Assembly (NCBI GenBank): GCA_034003345.1
Contig: JAVEYS010000002.1
Location: 9,415 to 73,414, forward strand
Direction: 5' to 3'
Length of the DNA stretch: 64,000 bases
Origin: Bacteroidales bacterium
GTDB taxonomy: Bacteria; Bacteroidota; Bacteroidia; Bacteroidales; VadinHA17
Numbering within the stretch: the stretch's first letter is position 1; every line of letters begins with the position of its first letter. Shown here piece after piece: positions 20,009 through 29,454 of the stretch. The notes beneath the pieces are model-generated. The model was given only the letters and a program-made list of their open reading frames with translations, was not told where the DNA came from and did no database searches. The position numbers were made by a program, and so were the translations under genes.

Positions 20009-21733
20009 ATGAATAAAACAAGATATAGAGGAAAAATACAAAACGTATTTATATTCTTCTGCTTATCACTATTAATTGCCTCCTGTACTGATTTCCTGGA
20101 TGTGGAACCCAGCAGTCTGAGGACAGGTGATAACTTCCTCAACAACGACGAAAATGCCGAGATGGCAATAAACGCTGCTTATAATATTCTTGCCGGACAC
20201 GAACGCTGGCAGGGTGGACTCCTTGAATCTTCCGCATTCTATATCGGTGAGATTCTCGCTGATTATGCTGAAATGGGTGCACATAAAGGCGATTATGATG
20301 ACCTTGAAAGAATGATCGAATGGAGACCCTATACCGATGAAATCATTCTTTTTGGTATTTGGGACAGGTCTTATGAAGGGATATACCGGTGCGACTATGT
20401 ACTGGATGGGCTGCCTGATGCACCCATCACTCCTGCACTCAAAACAAGGATTATGGGAGAAGCTTATTTCCTCAGGGGAATGAATATCCTCCGGCTGGTG
20501 AAGGTTTTTGGAAACGTGCCGATTGAAGATGGGATCATCCTTCCCGATGAATATGGGAAAATCCCTCAGAAAACCATGCATGAAGGATTCGAAATTGCAG
20601 CTGAGTGTTTCAGACAGGGAATGGTCAGGCTACCAAAACAGAGCGAATATGCTGCCAGTGACATGGGCAGGGCTACAAAAGGAGCTGCACAAGCCATGCT
20701 GGCAAGACTATATATGCTGGAGGCGGGAATGGATAAAGATGCTGTCACCAACCCATGGGATTCTGTCTACAAATACACTGATCTGGTTATTAAATCACAA
20801 GAGTATGGTTTGATTGATAACTACGCCAGACTGTTTGAACCCGAAGGTGAAAACAGCTATGAATCGATTTTCGAACTCCAGTTCGGCGTTTCAGCTTCAT
20901 TAAATATCGGTTTGGGTAACAATCGTTCTGCCATCGGAACAACTAACCAGATACGGTGTGGAATCAGGTCCGCTGAAAACGAAGGACTTCCGGGAGGATG
21001 GGGTTATTATCAACCTTCTCAGCTCCTGGTAGACGAATATGAATCAAAGGACCCAAGACTAAGCTGTGCAGTTTACGGACCAAATTTCAATGACGGAATA
21101 GTGTATGGGATCAAGCGTAATTTCAACCTGTCTGATATGATGTCAGAATATTATAACCGCCATCTTGCAATTGATCCGGTTCTGGAAGCTGAGCAGCTAG
21201 CCACCTCTGCTTCTAACAGTTCACGCAATGTCAAAGTGATGAGATATGCCGATGTATTATTAATGCATGCCGAAGCTGCTTATCATCTCGTACGTGAAGG
21301 GGAAGCACTTGCTGATCTAGAGATGATCAGACAAAGAGCAAGGCACAGTACCTATTGTAAGGGTTACAAACTGGGATCTACAGCTTATGATCCGACCGGA
21401 TGGACCGGAAATCTTCCTGTAGTTAATGCTTCAGGACAGGATCTTCTGGAGGCCATATGGCATGAGAGAAGTGTTGAGCTTGCGCTGGAAGATATGCGTT
21501 ACTGGGACCTGGTTCGTACCGGGAGGTACCTTGACAGGCTGGACGTGAAAAAAGCAAATTCCAAAGATCCTATGGCCACTGCACTGAGATTTTCAACTAT
21601 CGACCTGAGAGGTAATTGCCAGGCTCGCTGTATTGAAGGACCAAGAGGTGTCAACGATATTCCAATCTTTCCATTACCTGGCGCAGAAGCCATCAAATGG
21701 AATCTTAAGCAGATTATTGATTTGTATTTGTAA
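20009..21733 (+). CDS. SusD/RagB-family nutrient-binding outer-membrane lipoprotein
   Basis: 574 aa with a lipoprotein signal (LLIASC). Position directly after SusC and the length and composition are typical of the family. Confidence 0.88.
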   Translation: MNKTRYRGKIQNVFIFFCLSLLIASCTDFLDVEPSSLRTGDNFLNNDENAEMAINAAYNILAGHERWQGGLLESSAFYIGEILADYAEMGAHKGDYDDLERMIEWRPYTDEIILFGIWDRSYEGIYRCDYVLDGLPDAPITPALKTRIMGEAYFLRGMNILRLVKVFGNVPIEDGIILPDEYGKIPQKTMHEGFEIAAECFRQGMVRLPKQSEYAASDMGRATKGAAQAMLARLYMLEAGMDKDAVTNPWDSVYKYTDLVIKSQEYGLIDNYARLFEPEGENSYESIFELQFGVSASLNIGLGNNRSAIGTTNQIRCGIRSAENEGLPGGWGYYQPSQLLVDEYESKDPRLSCAVYGPNFNDGIVYGIKRNFNLSDMMSEYYNRHLAIDPVLEAEQLATSASNSSRNVKVMRYADVLLMHAEAAYHLVREGEALADLEMIRQRARHSTYCKGYKLGSTAYDPTGWTGNLPVVNASGQDLLEAIWHERSVELALEDMRYWDLVRTGRYLDRLDVKKANSKDPMATALRFSTIDLRGNCQARCIEGPRGVNDIPIFPLPGAEAIKWNLKQIIDLYL

Positions 21734-21747
21734 CAAACCTATTTGAC

Positions 21748-23307
21748 ATGAGAAAAAGAATATTTTTATTCTTAGCATTAATAGCAATAGCGGGTTTTGC
21801 CTTGCAAAATTGCACCCAGGAACAAGAATGGGGAGAAAACTATGATATCAATTTCCCCGTACCTGTCATTGATTCTATTTCAGCTTCCCGTGTAACAGTT
21901 GGTGACACCCTGCATATATTGGGTGATTTCACAAAAGTAACCAGTGTTACAATCGGAGGTGGATATACTACGATCGCTTCAGTATCAACTGACTCGCTTC
22001 AAATGTCCGTCATAATCACAGAAACATGTGTATCAGGGCCACTTGTTGTAACAAACGTCTACGAAAAAAGAGGACATTATAGAGCCGACATTTTCGTTGA
22101 AGGAAACTATGGTGGACCAGTAATTCCCGATCGTATCCAGATACTTGACTTTTCATCTGGCGGTGCACTGCCGGCATGGACAAAAAACACCTGGTCCGAG
22201 GCCCGTGACCTGGCAGAGAGCGGTTATGATCTTAATGATCTGTCCGTTCCTGCGGGATATGATCACTACTATTCAATGAACGACTTCCTGCTTGCTGATG
22301 ACGCGAACACCGCATACGGTTATTTTAACTCGGATAATAATGGTGCCGGATTCGATATAAGCATGTATGACGATCCATATGTCTCCGTACTTATCAATAC
22401 GGGAAGTCATGCCGCCTATTTAAGCCTCTCAATGGAAGCATACAGTCATAATGATTTTAATCCATCACAATCACCCGGTAGCGTATTTGCAAATGGAGAA
22501 CAACAGGTCTACTTCCAGACTAATGGCAAGTGGCTGTGGTATACCTTCAAGCTGAGTGCTGTTCTGGGTGGTGATGTTCCGGATATTCTGAATTCTCCGG
22601 GTCTGTTCGTCCGTGCCGGATGGGATTACCCGTCAAGTCTAACATATCCGGGTTATGAACTGAATATCGTTGAAATGATTGTTACCGATGGCCCAATGAG
22701 GAACACCGAAGGTATCGGAATATTGAACTTCGCAAATCTGGGACCCCTTCCGACGTGGGAACCCAACACATGGAGTGAGGCTAAAGAACCCGATGAAATG
22801 GGCTTCAATATTAATCCCGCGATTGAACCTCCCACCGGATATGCAAACTATTACGCCATAAATGATAAGGACCTTTTCCCGCCGGATGAACCGGCAGGTC
22901 AGGGAGGAAACATACCTTATGGCAACTATATTTCAGATAATGGAGGTGCCGGTTTTGATATAAGCTCTATTGCCGACCCCTACGTATCTATTCTAATGAA
23001 TACAGGTGATGAGGATATATGCTACCTTAGTTTTGTGATAGACGGTCAGACCAAAGATTTCCAGCCGTCACAGTCACCCGGAGGCACCTTTGCCAACGGC
23101 GAAACCAAGCATTATATGAAAACCGACGGTGAATGGTTATGGTATACATTCTCACTGACAGACATTATGGGGGGAACGGTTCCGTCAACCTTTGTAAGTG
23201 CCGGTCTGTTCTTCCGCAATAGCTGGGACTACGGGGCAGATATTTATCCCGGATTCCAGATTAATATTGTAAGCATGTCAATTACGGAAGGACCCCGACT
23301 TAATTAG
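21748..23307 (+). CDS. PUL-encoded surface lipoprotein: IPT/TIG-like domain plus two tandem homologous domains of about 190 aa (candidate surface glycan-binding protein)
   Basis: Lipoprotein signal (FALQNC). Residues 130-316 and 323-516 align by eye (ILDFSSGGALPAWTKNTWSEA / ILNFANLGPLPTWEPNTWSEA; NGAGFDIS in both; PSQSPG in both; WLWYTF in both). It occupies the SusE/F-like position. Confidence 0.6.
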   Translation: MRKRIFLFLALIAIAGFALQNCTQEQEWGENYDINFPVPVIDSISASRVTVGDTLHILGDFTKVTSVTIGGGYTTIASVSTDSLQMSVIITETCVSGPLVVTNVYEKRGHYRADIFVEGNYGGPVIPDRIQILDFSSGGALPAWTKNTWSEARDLAESGYDLNDLSVPAGYDHYYSMNDFLLADDANTAYGYFNSDNNGAGFDISMYDDPYVSVLINTGSHAAYLSLSMEAYSHNDFNPSQSPGSVFANGEQQVYFQTNGKWLWYTFKLSAVLGGDVPDILNSPGLFVRAGWDYPSSLTYPGYELNIVEMIVTDGPMRNTEGIGILNFANLGPLPTWEPNTWSEAKEPDEMGFNINPAIEPPTGYANYYAINDKDLFPPDEPAGQGGNIPYGNYISDNGGAGFDISSIADPYVSILMNTGDEDICYLSFVIDGQTKDFQPSQSPGGTFANGETKHYMKTDGEWLWYTFSLTDIMGGTVPSTFVSAGLFFRNSWDYGADIYPGFQINIVSMSITEGPRLN

Positions 23308-23344
23308 GGACGAGACCTGTCATTTTATCAATTTTGGGTTTATC

Positions 23345-23384
23345 TCTGGCTTGCAGGTTACACATCGAATACCTGCAAGCCAGA
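23345..23384 (+). other. Perfect 14-bp stem-loop in the intra-PUL intergenic gap
   Basis: TCTGGCTTGCAGGT-tacacatcgaat-ACCTGCAAGCCAGA. There is no T-run after it, so it is not a canonical terminator. Confidence 0.6.
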
Positions 23385-23424
23385 ATAACTAAAAGAAAAA
23401 ATATTTTAAACTAAATAAAGCATA

Positions 23425-24408
23425 ATGAAGATAAAAATAAATCAAATTTTACGGGTGCTGGTATGTTGTATCTTCATTATACCTTGTTCCTGTTCCGGGA
23501 CCGAAAATAGCGGAAATCAAAATGTACCTCCGGATCCGGTGGAAAAAATACCCCAAAAGGTAATTCTTGATACAGACATGTGCCTAGATGTCGATGATGT
23601 TGGAGCACTTGCAACATTAAATGCTCTTGCAGATCAGGACGAAGCGGAAATTCTGGCTGTATGCTTCAACGAGGTACACAAAAGCGGAGCAGCTGCAATA
23701 GATGCTATCAATACCTGGTATCACCGCGGCAACATCCCTGTAGGAATCTATAAGAAGAGCCTTTATGCACCCGATAGTTCTCCCTACCTGAATGCCCTCG
23801 CCGGCTTTCCAAATGACATCCCATCCGACCTTGCTCAGGTTCCTGATGCACACCAGGTTTATATTGATGTTCTGAACGCACAACCAGATTCATCTGTAAA
23901 AATAATTAGTCTGGGATTCCTGAATAACCTGGGTGACCTGCTCGAAAGCCACCCCGAACTTATCGCAAGGAAAGTAAAGCAACTGGTGATCATGGGAGGC
24001 CTGAACAACGATGATTTCAATCTTGTGAGACACGGACTGGTAGAAACTTCCCAGAAAATACTGACTGATTGGCCTACCCCTATTGTTATAAGTCAGCCTG
24101 GCTCAGGAATTCTGACAGGAGAGACGCTGGAAAGCTCACCAGTGAATAATCCCGTAAGAGAGGCTTATTTCAGATGGTTCAACAATTCTTTCCAGGGACG
24201 TCCGAGTTGGGACCAGATAGCTGTTCTTTTTACACTGAAAGGAACTGCATATTTTAACGAAATATCTGTAGGAACTGGCTCCCTCAAAAATGGATTTTCA
24301 TATGATTTGGTACCAGGCTGGAGAACCTATTTTACTACAAAGCTCTCTGATCAAGAGTACGCATATATTATAAATAACCTTATGACTAAAACTCCTAAAT
24401 CGAAATAA
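23425..24408 (+). CDS. Exported nucleoside-hydrolase-fold protein (NH-1)
   Basis: Signal peptide, then KVILDTDMCLDVDDVGAL, which matches the N-terminal DxDxxxDD metal/ribose-binding pattern of inosine-uridine nucleoside hydrolases. By eye it is about 60% identical to the C-terminal domain of ORF 29455..31404. Confidence 0.65.
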   Translation: MKIKINQILRVLVCCIFIIPCSCSGTENSGNQNVPPDPVEKIPQKVILDTDMCLDVDDVGALATLNALADQDEAEILAVCFNEVHKSGAAAIDAINTWYHRGNIPVGIYKKSLYAPDSSPYLNALAGFPNDIPSDLAQVPDAHQVYIDVLNAQPDSSVKIISLGFLNNLGDLLESHPELIARKVKQLVIMGGLNNDDFNLVRHGLVETSQKILTDWPTPIVISQPGSGILTGETLESSPVNNPVREAYFRWFNNSFQGRPSWDQIAVLFTLKGTAYFNEISVGTGSLKNGFSYDLVPGWRTYFTTKLSDQEYAYIINNLMTKTPKSK

Positions 24409-24409
24409 A

Positions 24410-25408
24410 ATGTTCATAGTAAGTAATTACTTTCTGGCTGTCACATTTTGCATAATAACCATGTTATGCTGGGGTTCCTGGGCTAACACCCAGAAACTGG
24501 CAACAAAGAACTGGGGATTCCCTCTTTTCTACTGGGACTACACTCTGGGAGTCATTTTACTCTCCCTTATTTTAGGATTGACCATGGGAAACCACGGGGA
24601 CCAGGGTCAGGGATTTTTTCAAAATCTTTTTAGTGCTTCTCTCACAGCATTTATGTATGCCTTGCTTGCCGGCGTTATTTTCAATATCGCAAACCTGCTG
24701 CTTGTAGCAGCCATCGACCTTGCCGGCATGGCAATCGCATTCCCAATCGGTATAGGAATAGCACTTGTGCTAGGTGTGATCGTTAACTATGTCGCTACAC
24801 CTGTTGGAAACCCCATCCTCCTTTTCTCAGGAGTGGGATTGGTAACTCTTGGGATAATTTTCGATGCACTCGCATACAGAAAAATATCTACCGGGTCTGC
24901 TACTTCCAAAGGGATTCTTATTTCAGTGGCTGCAGGTATCCTGATGGGCTTTTTCTATCGCTTCGTAGCAGCATCAATGTCTGAGGATTTCGTGAATCCA
25001 ACAGCTGGACTCTTTACTCCATATACTGCAGTTTTTGTTTTCTCCATCGGGATTTTCCTGTCAAATTTTATTTTTAACTCCTTCTTCATGTACAAGCCAA
25101 TAAACGGCACCAGAACCACTTATCGCGATTATTTTAAACAGGGAAGTCCAAAGCTCCACCTGATTGGAATAGCCGGCGGAGTTATCTGGTGTATTGGCAT
25201 GCTCTTTAATATGATTGCCTCAGGTGAAGCCGGATTTGCCATCTCTTATGGCCTCGGACAAGGGGCAACCATGGTAGCTGCCATTTGGGGAGTTTTTATC
25301 TGGAAAGAATTTAAAAATGCTCCGAAGAAAATCAATCCACTGATATTTCTGATGTTCTTTTTCTTCATCTCCGGTATCGCATTGATAATTTTAGCTAAAA
25401 CTATTTAA
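24410..25408 (+). CDS. Sugar permease, GRP/RbsU-GlcU-like (DMT superfamily); probable ribose importer
   Basis: 332 aa with about 10 hydrophobic helices and no ATPase partner. It sits directly upstream of the ribokinase. The family assignment comes from memory of RbsU-type proteins plus context. Confidence 0.5.
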   Translation: MFIVSNYFLAVTFCIITMLCWGSWANTQKLATKNWGFPLFYWDYTLGVILLSLILGLTMGNHGDQGQGFFQNLFSASLTAFMYALLAGVIFNIANLLLVAAIDLAGMAIAFPIGIGIALVLGVIVNYVATPVGNPILLFSGVGLVTLGIIFDALAYRKISTGSATSKGILISVAAGILMGFFYRFVAASMSEDFVNPTAGLFTPYTAVFVFSIGIFLSNFIFNSFFMYKPINGTRTTYRDYFKQGSPKLHLIGIAGGVIWCIGMLFNMIASGEAGFAISYGLGQGATMVAAIWGVFIWKEFKNAPKKINPLIFLMFFFFISGIALIILAKTI

Positions 25409-25413
25409 AGAAT

Positions 25414-26337
25414 ATGGGAAATATTGTTGTTGTTGGAAGCAGTAATACCGACCTTGTCGTAACCACACTCCATTTGCCGCAACCCGGAGAGACACTGCTG
25501 GGTAACGAGATCAACATCCATCCCGGAGGTAAAGGAGCTAACCAGGTCGTCGCCACTGCAAGGGCCAACGCAAAAGCTACATTTATTGCCAAAGTTGGCA
25601 AAGACGACTTCGGACAAAAAGCCATTGAAGGATATAAATCAGATAATATCAACGTTGACCACATAATCATTGACCCTCAGCATCCTTCAGGTATTGCAGT
25701 GATTCTTGTGGAAGAGTCAACCGGACAAAACTCTATCGTGGTAGTTGGCGGAGCAAACAATTTTCTTTCTGTCGGAGATATTAAGAATACCGAATCCGTC
25801 ATTGCTGCTGCAGATACTTTGCTGCTCCAGCTGGAAATACCTGTTGATGTTGTGGAATTTACCCTCAGAATTGCTAAGAATAACAGGGTTAAGACCATCC
25901 TCAATCCGGCTCCCGCCAAAGAGCTCCCGGATAAACTGCTTCGAATGGTTGACATCATCACTCCTAATGAATCTGAAACCAAATTCCTGACAGGGATTGA
26001 ACCGGACTCGGAGGAAAACATACAAAAAGCTGCTTGTCTGTTACTTAAGAAAGTGAATGAGGCAGTAATTATTACTCTGGGTGACCGCGGGGCCTATTTC
26101 TGTGAAGTGAACGGTGACATGGGCTTTATTCCTTCTACCAAAGTAGAGGCTGTCGACTCCACTGCTGCAGGAGATGTCTTTAACGGTTACCTTGCCGCTC
26201 TGCTCGCAGGAGGATCTGACCTTAGAAACGCCATTTCACTTGCCAACAAAGCAGCGGCAATATCAGTAACAAGGAAAGGGGCCCAGCCTTCTATTCCAAA
26301 ATTGAGCGAGATATTGACTAATTTTGAAGTATGCTAA
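25414..26337 (+). CDS. rbsK: Ribokinase (PfkB family)
   Basis: 307 aa with VVGSSNTDLV, GGKGANQ and DSTAAGDVFNGYLAALL motifs characteristic of ribokinase. No signal peptide. Confidence 0.88.
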   Translation: MGNIVVVGSSNTDLVVTTLHLPQPGETLLGNEINIHPGGKGANQVVATARANAKATFIAKVGKDDFGQKAIEGYKSDNINVDHIIIDPQHPSGIAVILVEESTGQNSIVVVGGANNFLSVGDIKNTESVIAAADTLLLQLEIPVDVVEFTLRIAKNNRVKTILNPAPAKELPDKLLRMVDIITPNESETKFLTGIEPDSEENIQKAACLLLKKVNEAVIITLGDRGAYFCEVNGDMGFIPSTKVEAVDSTAAGDVFNGYLAALLAGGSDLRNAISLANKAAAISVTRKGAQPSIPKLSEILTNFEVC

Positions 26338-26360
26338 TTTTCATCCAATAAAATAATATC

Positions 26361-28097
26361 GTGAAAATTCATAGATTCATCTTATCAGTACTGATCCCCT
26401 TTCTGCTGTTGAGCTGCAGCTCCAAAAATGAGGTTAGAAAAATAACTCTTGAAGAATTCCGCAGTAAAATGACTGCAGGATGGTTAGGACAAATGGCAGG
26501 TGTGGGTTGGGGGGCTCCGACTGAATTCAAATACAGCGGCATGATCATCCCCCGGGAAGATGTACCAGTCTGGGATTCATCAATGATAAACCAACAAAAC
26601 CAGGATGATATATATGTTGAAATGACCTTCCTTAAGACATTGGAGGACCATGGTTTTGATGTATCAATCCGTCAGGCAGGTATAGACTTTGCAAATAGTA
26701 AATACCAACTTTGGCACGCAAACTATTACGGACGGGAAAACCTTCGTTCAGGAATAGCCCCACCATTTTCCGGGCACCCTGATTATAATGCTCACGCAGA
26801 TGATATTGATTACCAGATAGAAGCCGATTATTCCGGGTTGATCTCCCCTGGCATGCCACAGATGGTTATCGACCTGGGAAACAAATTCGGCAGAATGATG
26901 AATTATGGTGATGGACTCTATGGAGGACAATTTGTGGGAGCCATGTATGCCGAAGCTTTCTTTGAAACAGATATTCACAAGATCATCAGTTCCGGACTTG
27001 CATGCATACCCGAAGATAGCCAGTATGCTGAAGCCATAAGGGACGTACTGAAATGGTATGAGGAGAATCCCTCTGATTGGACAAAAACATGGCAGCTCAT
27101 CGAGAATAAATATAATCTTAACCATGATTATAGAAAATTCAGCTGCTCAGGTGCTGATTCGAAATTTAATATCGATGCTAAAATCAACGGAGCATATATC
27201 GTCATGGGACTGCTTTATGGCAAGGGAGATATGGATGAGACTATAATTATATCCATGCGGTGTGGTCAGGATTCAGACTGCAATCCTTCAAACGCTGCAG
27301 GCATTCTGGCTACTTCACTCGGCCTTGAGAATCTCCCTGAAAAATATAAAATCGGCATAGACGACACTACGCACTTCTCATACACTGCATACGATTTCCC
27401 ATCCCTGATAAACGTATGCGAACAGCTTGCCCTGAAAGCCATTAAAAGGGCCGGTGGTTCTGTCGATAAAGATGAGGCAGGAAAAGACCTGCTTGTGATC
27501 CCCGTTAAAAATCCCGTCAGGAACAATCTTGAACAGTGCTGGAATCCTTCTGAACCTGAAAGTGATATCCACTTCTCGAAAGAAGAAATGGATCAGATCA
27601 CGGTGAAAGTCAGAAATGCCGAAGATTTTATCAAAAACTGGGAAGTGGCAGGTCCCTACTCAAGACAAGATGCAGAAGTGAATGATCTGTTTGATATTGA
27701 ATTCGCACCGGAATTAAAAAACCAACAGATTGAATGGAAGGTATTGCCGGTAGATGAAGGTGAATATGATAAGCGTATAATAAATCTGGAGAATATATTT
27801 GGAACCGAGCAATGCGTTGCATACTTAAGAACAACATTAATCTCACCTGTTAGTCAGACGGTTATTTTTGAAATAGGTTCCGATGATGGCATCAAGATAT
27901 GGTTGAATGGTCAGCTTGCCCACCAGCACAATATTGTCAGAGGGTACAGCCAGGGTGACGATGTTTGCAAAGTGACACTCATGGAAGGGAATAATGATGT
28001 TCTGATGAAAATTACACAGGGCATTGGCGGATGGGCCGCATCCCTGGTAGTCACAGACATCGACGGGCAGCCTCTGAGATTGACCTCTATAAACTAG
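26361..28097 (+). CDS. Exported ADP-ribosylglycohydrolase-family lipoprotein with C-terminal beta-sandwich-like domain
   Basis: GTG start and lipoprotein signal (FLLLSCSS). The region of about 350 aa carries DDIYVEMTF and CGQDSDCNPSNAAGIL, a GxDxD-type metal motif as in DraG/ARH enzymes. The C-terminal region of about 160 aa (WEVAGPY...GSDDGIKIWLNG...) looks like a lectin/PA14-like jelly-roll, but that assignment is uncertain. Confidence 0.65.
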   Translation: MKIHRFILSVLIPFLLLSCSSKNEVRKITLEEFRSKMTAGWLGQMAGVGWGAPTEFKYSGMIIPREDVPVWDSSMINQQNQDDIYVEMTFLKTLEDHGFDVSIRQAGIDFANSKYQLWHANYYGRENLRSGIAPPFSGHPDYNAHADDIDYQIEADYSGLISPGMPQMVIDLGNKFGRMMNYGDGLYGGQFVGAMYAEAFFETDIHKIISSGLACIPEDSQYAEAIRDVLKWYEENPSDWTKTWQLIENKYNLNHDYRKFSCSGADSKFNIDAKINGAYIVMGLLYGKGDMDETIIISMRCGQDSDCNPSNAAGILATSLGLENLPEKYKIGIDDTTHFSYTAYDFPSLINVCEQLALKAIKRAGGSVDKDEAGKDLLVIPVKNPVRNNLEQCWNPSEPESDIHFSKEEMDQITVKVRNAEDFIKNWEVAGPYSRQDAEVNDLFDIEFAPELKNQQIEWKVLPVDEGEYDKRIINLENIFGTEQCVAYLRTTLISPVSQTVIFEIGSDDGIKIWLNGQLAHQHNIVRGYSQGDDVCKVTLMEGNNDVLMKITQGIGGWAASLVVTDIDGQPLRLTSIN

Positions 28098-28410
28098 ACC
28101 TATTGGGAAAGGTGTGATGAAGATTGCTTCAACATACACGTCGTTATCTGTTGCTGCAATTATTGCATCTCACACCAATTTCAGCAGGCCTGAACCGCGG
28201 ACGCTCACCGGATTATCAACTTACCTGTTCTGACGCAGTGAATAATATCAAAACATCCCTCTTCGGGTGCGGAATAGTATTTCTAATGAGAACCCTGGCA
28301 ATCAAACCATACCCAAAACAATAAAAAACAATATCTTAATCCGTAATATATTTCTGGCGTTGTTAAAACGAATTTGAAGTAAATATCTATCTATTAAACT
28401 CTTACTACTC

Positions 28411-29424
28411 ATGATCATCAATACTAAAAACATCTTCCCAGCTCTCGCGGTAATTTGCCTGCTGGTATATTCATGTACCGGGAAGAATCAGGCAAACAGT
28501 AAGCAGGATCACAGGATCCCTGTAATCCTTGATACTGATGCAAATAATGAACTTGATGATCAACATGCCATTGCCTACATGTTGTTCAGCGGACAAACAT
28601 TTGACGTGAAAGGAATCACAGTAAACAGAACATATAATGGCGGTACAATAGATGATCAGTTTGCTGAGGCTGAACGGATTGTGAAGTTATGCAACTGCGT
28701 TTCAAAAATCAGGATATATAAAGGGGCAAGTAATACTTATGATGAGATCGCCGATCATATCGCAGAATCTGATTTCGATGGCGCCGAAGCAGTTAATTTT
28801 ATTATTGATTGTGCCAATTCAACGGAAAATCAAAAATTAGTGTTGCTGCCGATCGGCAAATTAACCAATATTTCACTCGCGCTGAAGAAAGATCCCTCAA
28901 TTGCTTCAAAGATAAGGATCGTATGGCTTGGCACGAATTATCCGGAACCGGGGGAATATAATTTTATCAATGATACAACAGCCTTAAAACCCATTCTCGA
29001 ATCAAACGTGGAATTTGAAATAGTGATGGTCAGGTATGGCAAATCAAGTGGAACCGATGCGGTTAAAGCCTATCTGAAAGATTTTCAGGTAAAAATGCCA
29101 GGGAAAGGACCAAAAATCAGTGAACCGGTAACCGGCCGGCACGGAGATTCGTTCAACTGTTTCGGAGACTATTCAGTCAATCTGTTTGAAAATTTCCGTG
29201 GAAATCCTCAAACCAGACCGCTCTTCGATATGGCTGCAGTTGCCATTGTTAAAAATCCGGAATGGGCTGACAAAGTTATTATAGGTGCACCTCTCTATGA
29301 AAATGGGAAATGGATCAATCAGCCTGATAATCAAAGAAAAATCGCTATCTGGGAAAACTTTGTTACTGATTCCATCATGAAGGACTTCTATTATACAATG
29401 GAGAACTACAAATTAGCTGAATAA
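28411..29424 (+). CDS. Inosine-uridine-preferring-type nucleoside hydrolase lipoprotein (NH-2)
   Basis: Lipoprotein signal (LLVYSC), then the canonical IUNH N-terminal motif PVILDTDANNELDDQHAIAYML. 337 aa. Confidence 0.75.
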   Translation: MIINTKNIFPALAVICLLVYSCTGKNQANSKQDHRIPVILDTDANNELDDQHAIAYMLFSGQTFDVKGITVNRTYNGGTIDDQFAEAERIVKLCNCVSKIRIYKGASNTYDEIADHIAESDFDGAEAVNFIIDCANSTENQKLVLLPIGKLTNISLALKKDPSIASKIRIVWLGTNYPEPGEYNFINDTTALKPILESNVEFEIVMVRYGKSSGTDAVKAYLKDFQVKMPGKGPKISEPVTGRHGDSFNCFGDYSVNLFENFRGNPQTRPLFDMAAVAIVKNPEWADKVIIGAPLYENGKWINQPDNQRKIAIWENFVTDSIMKDFYYTMENYKLAE

Positions 29425-29454
29425 TAAACCCGATTAATCAATCCACTGGAAGAG

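Noticed and set aside
28098-28410. 313-bp gap inside the PUL and its 66-aa ORF 28124..28324
   Set aside because: The ORF has a non-ATG start, no signal peptide and no motif. I found no repeats or operator copies. It is probably an internal promoter or spacer, and I cannot support a feature there.
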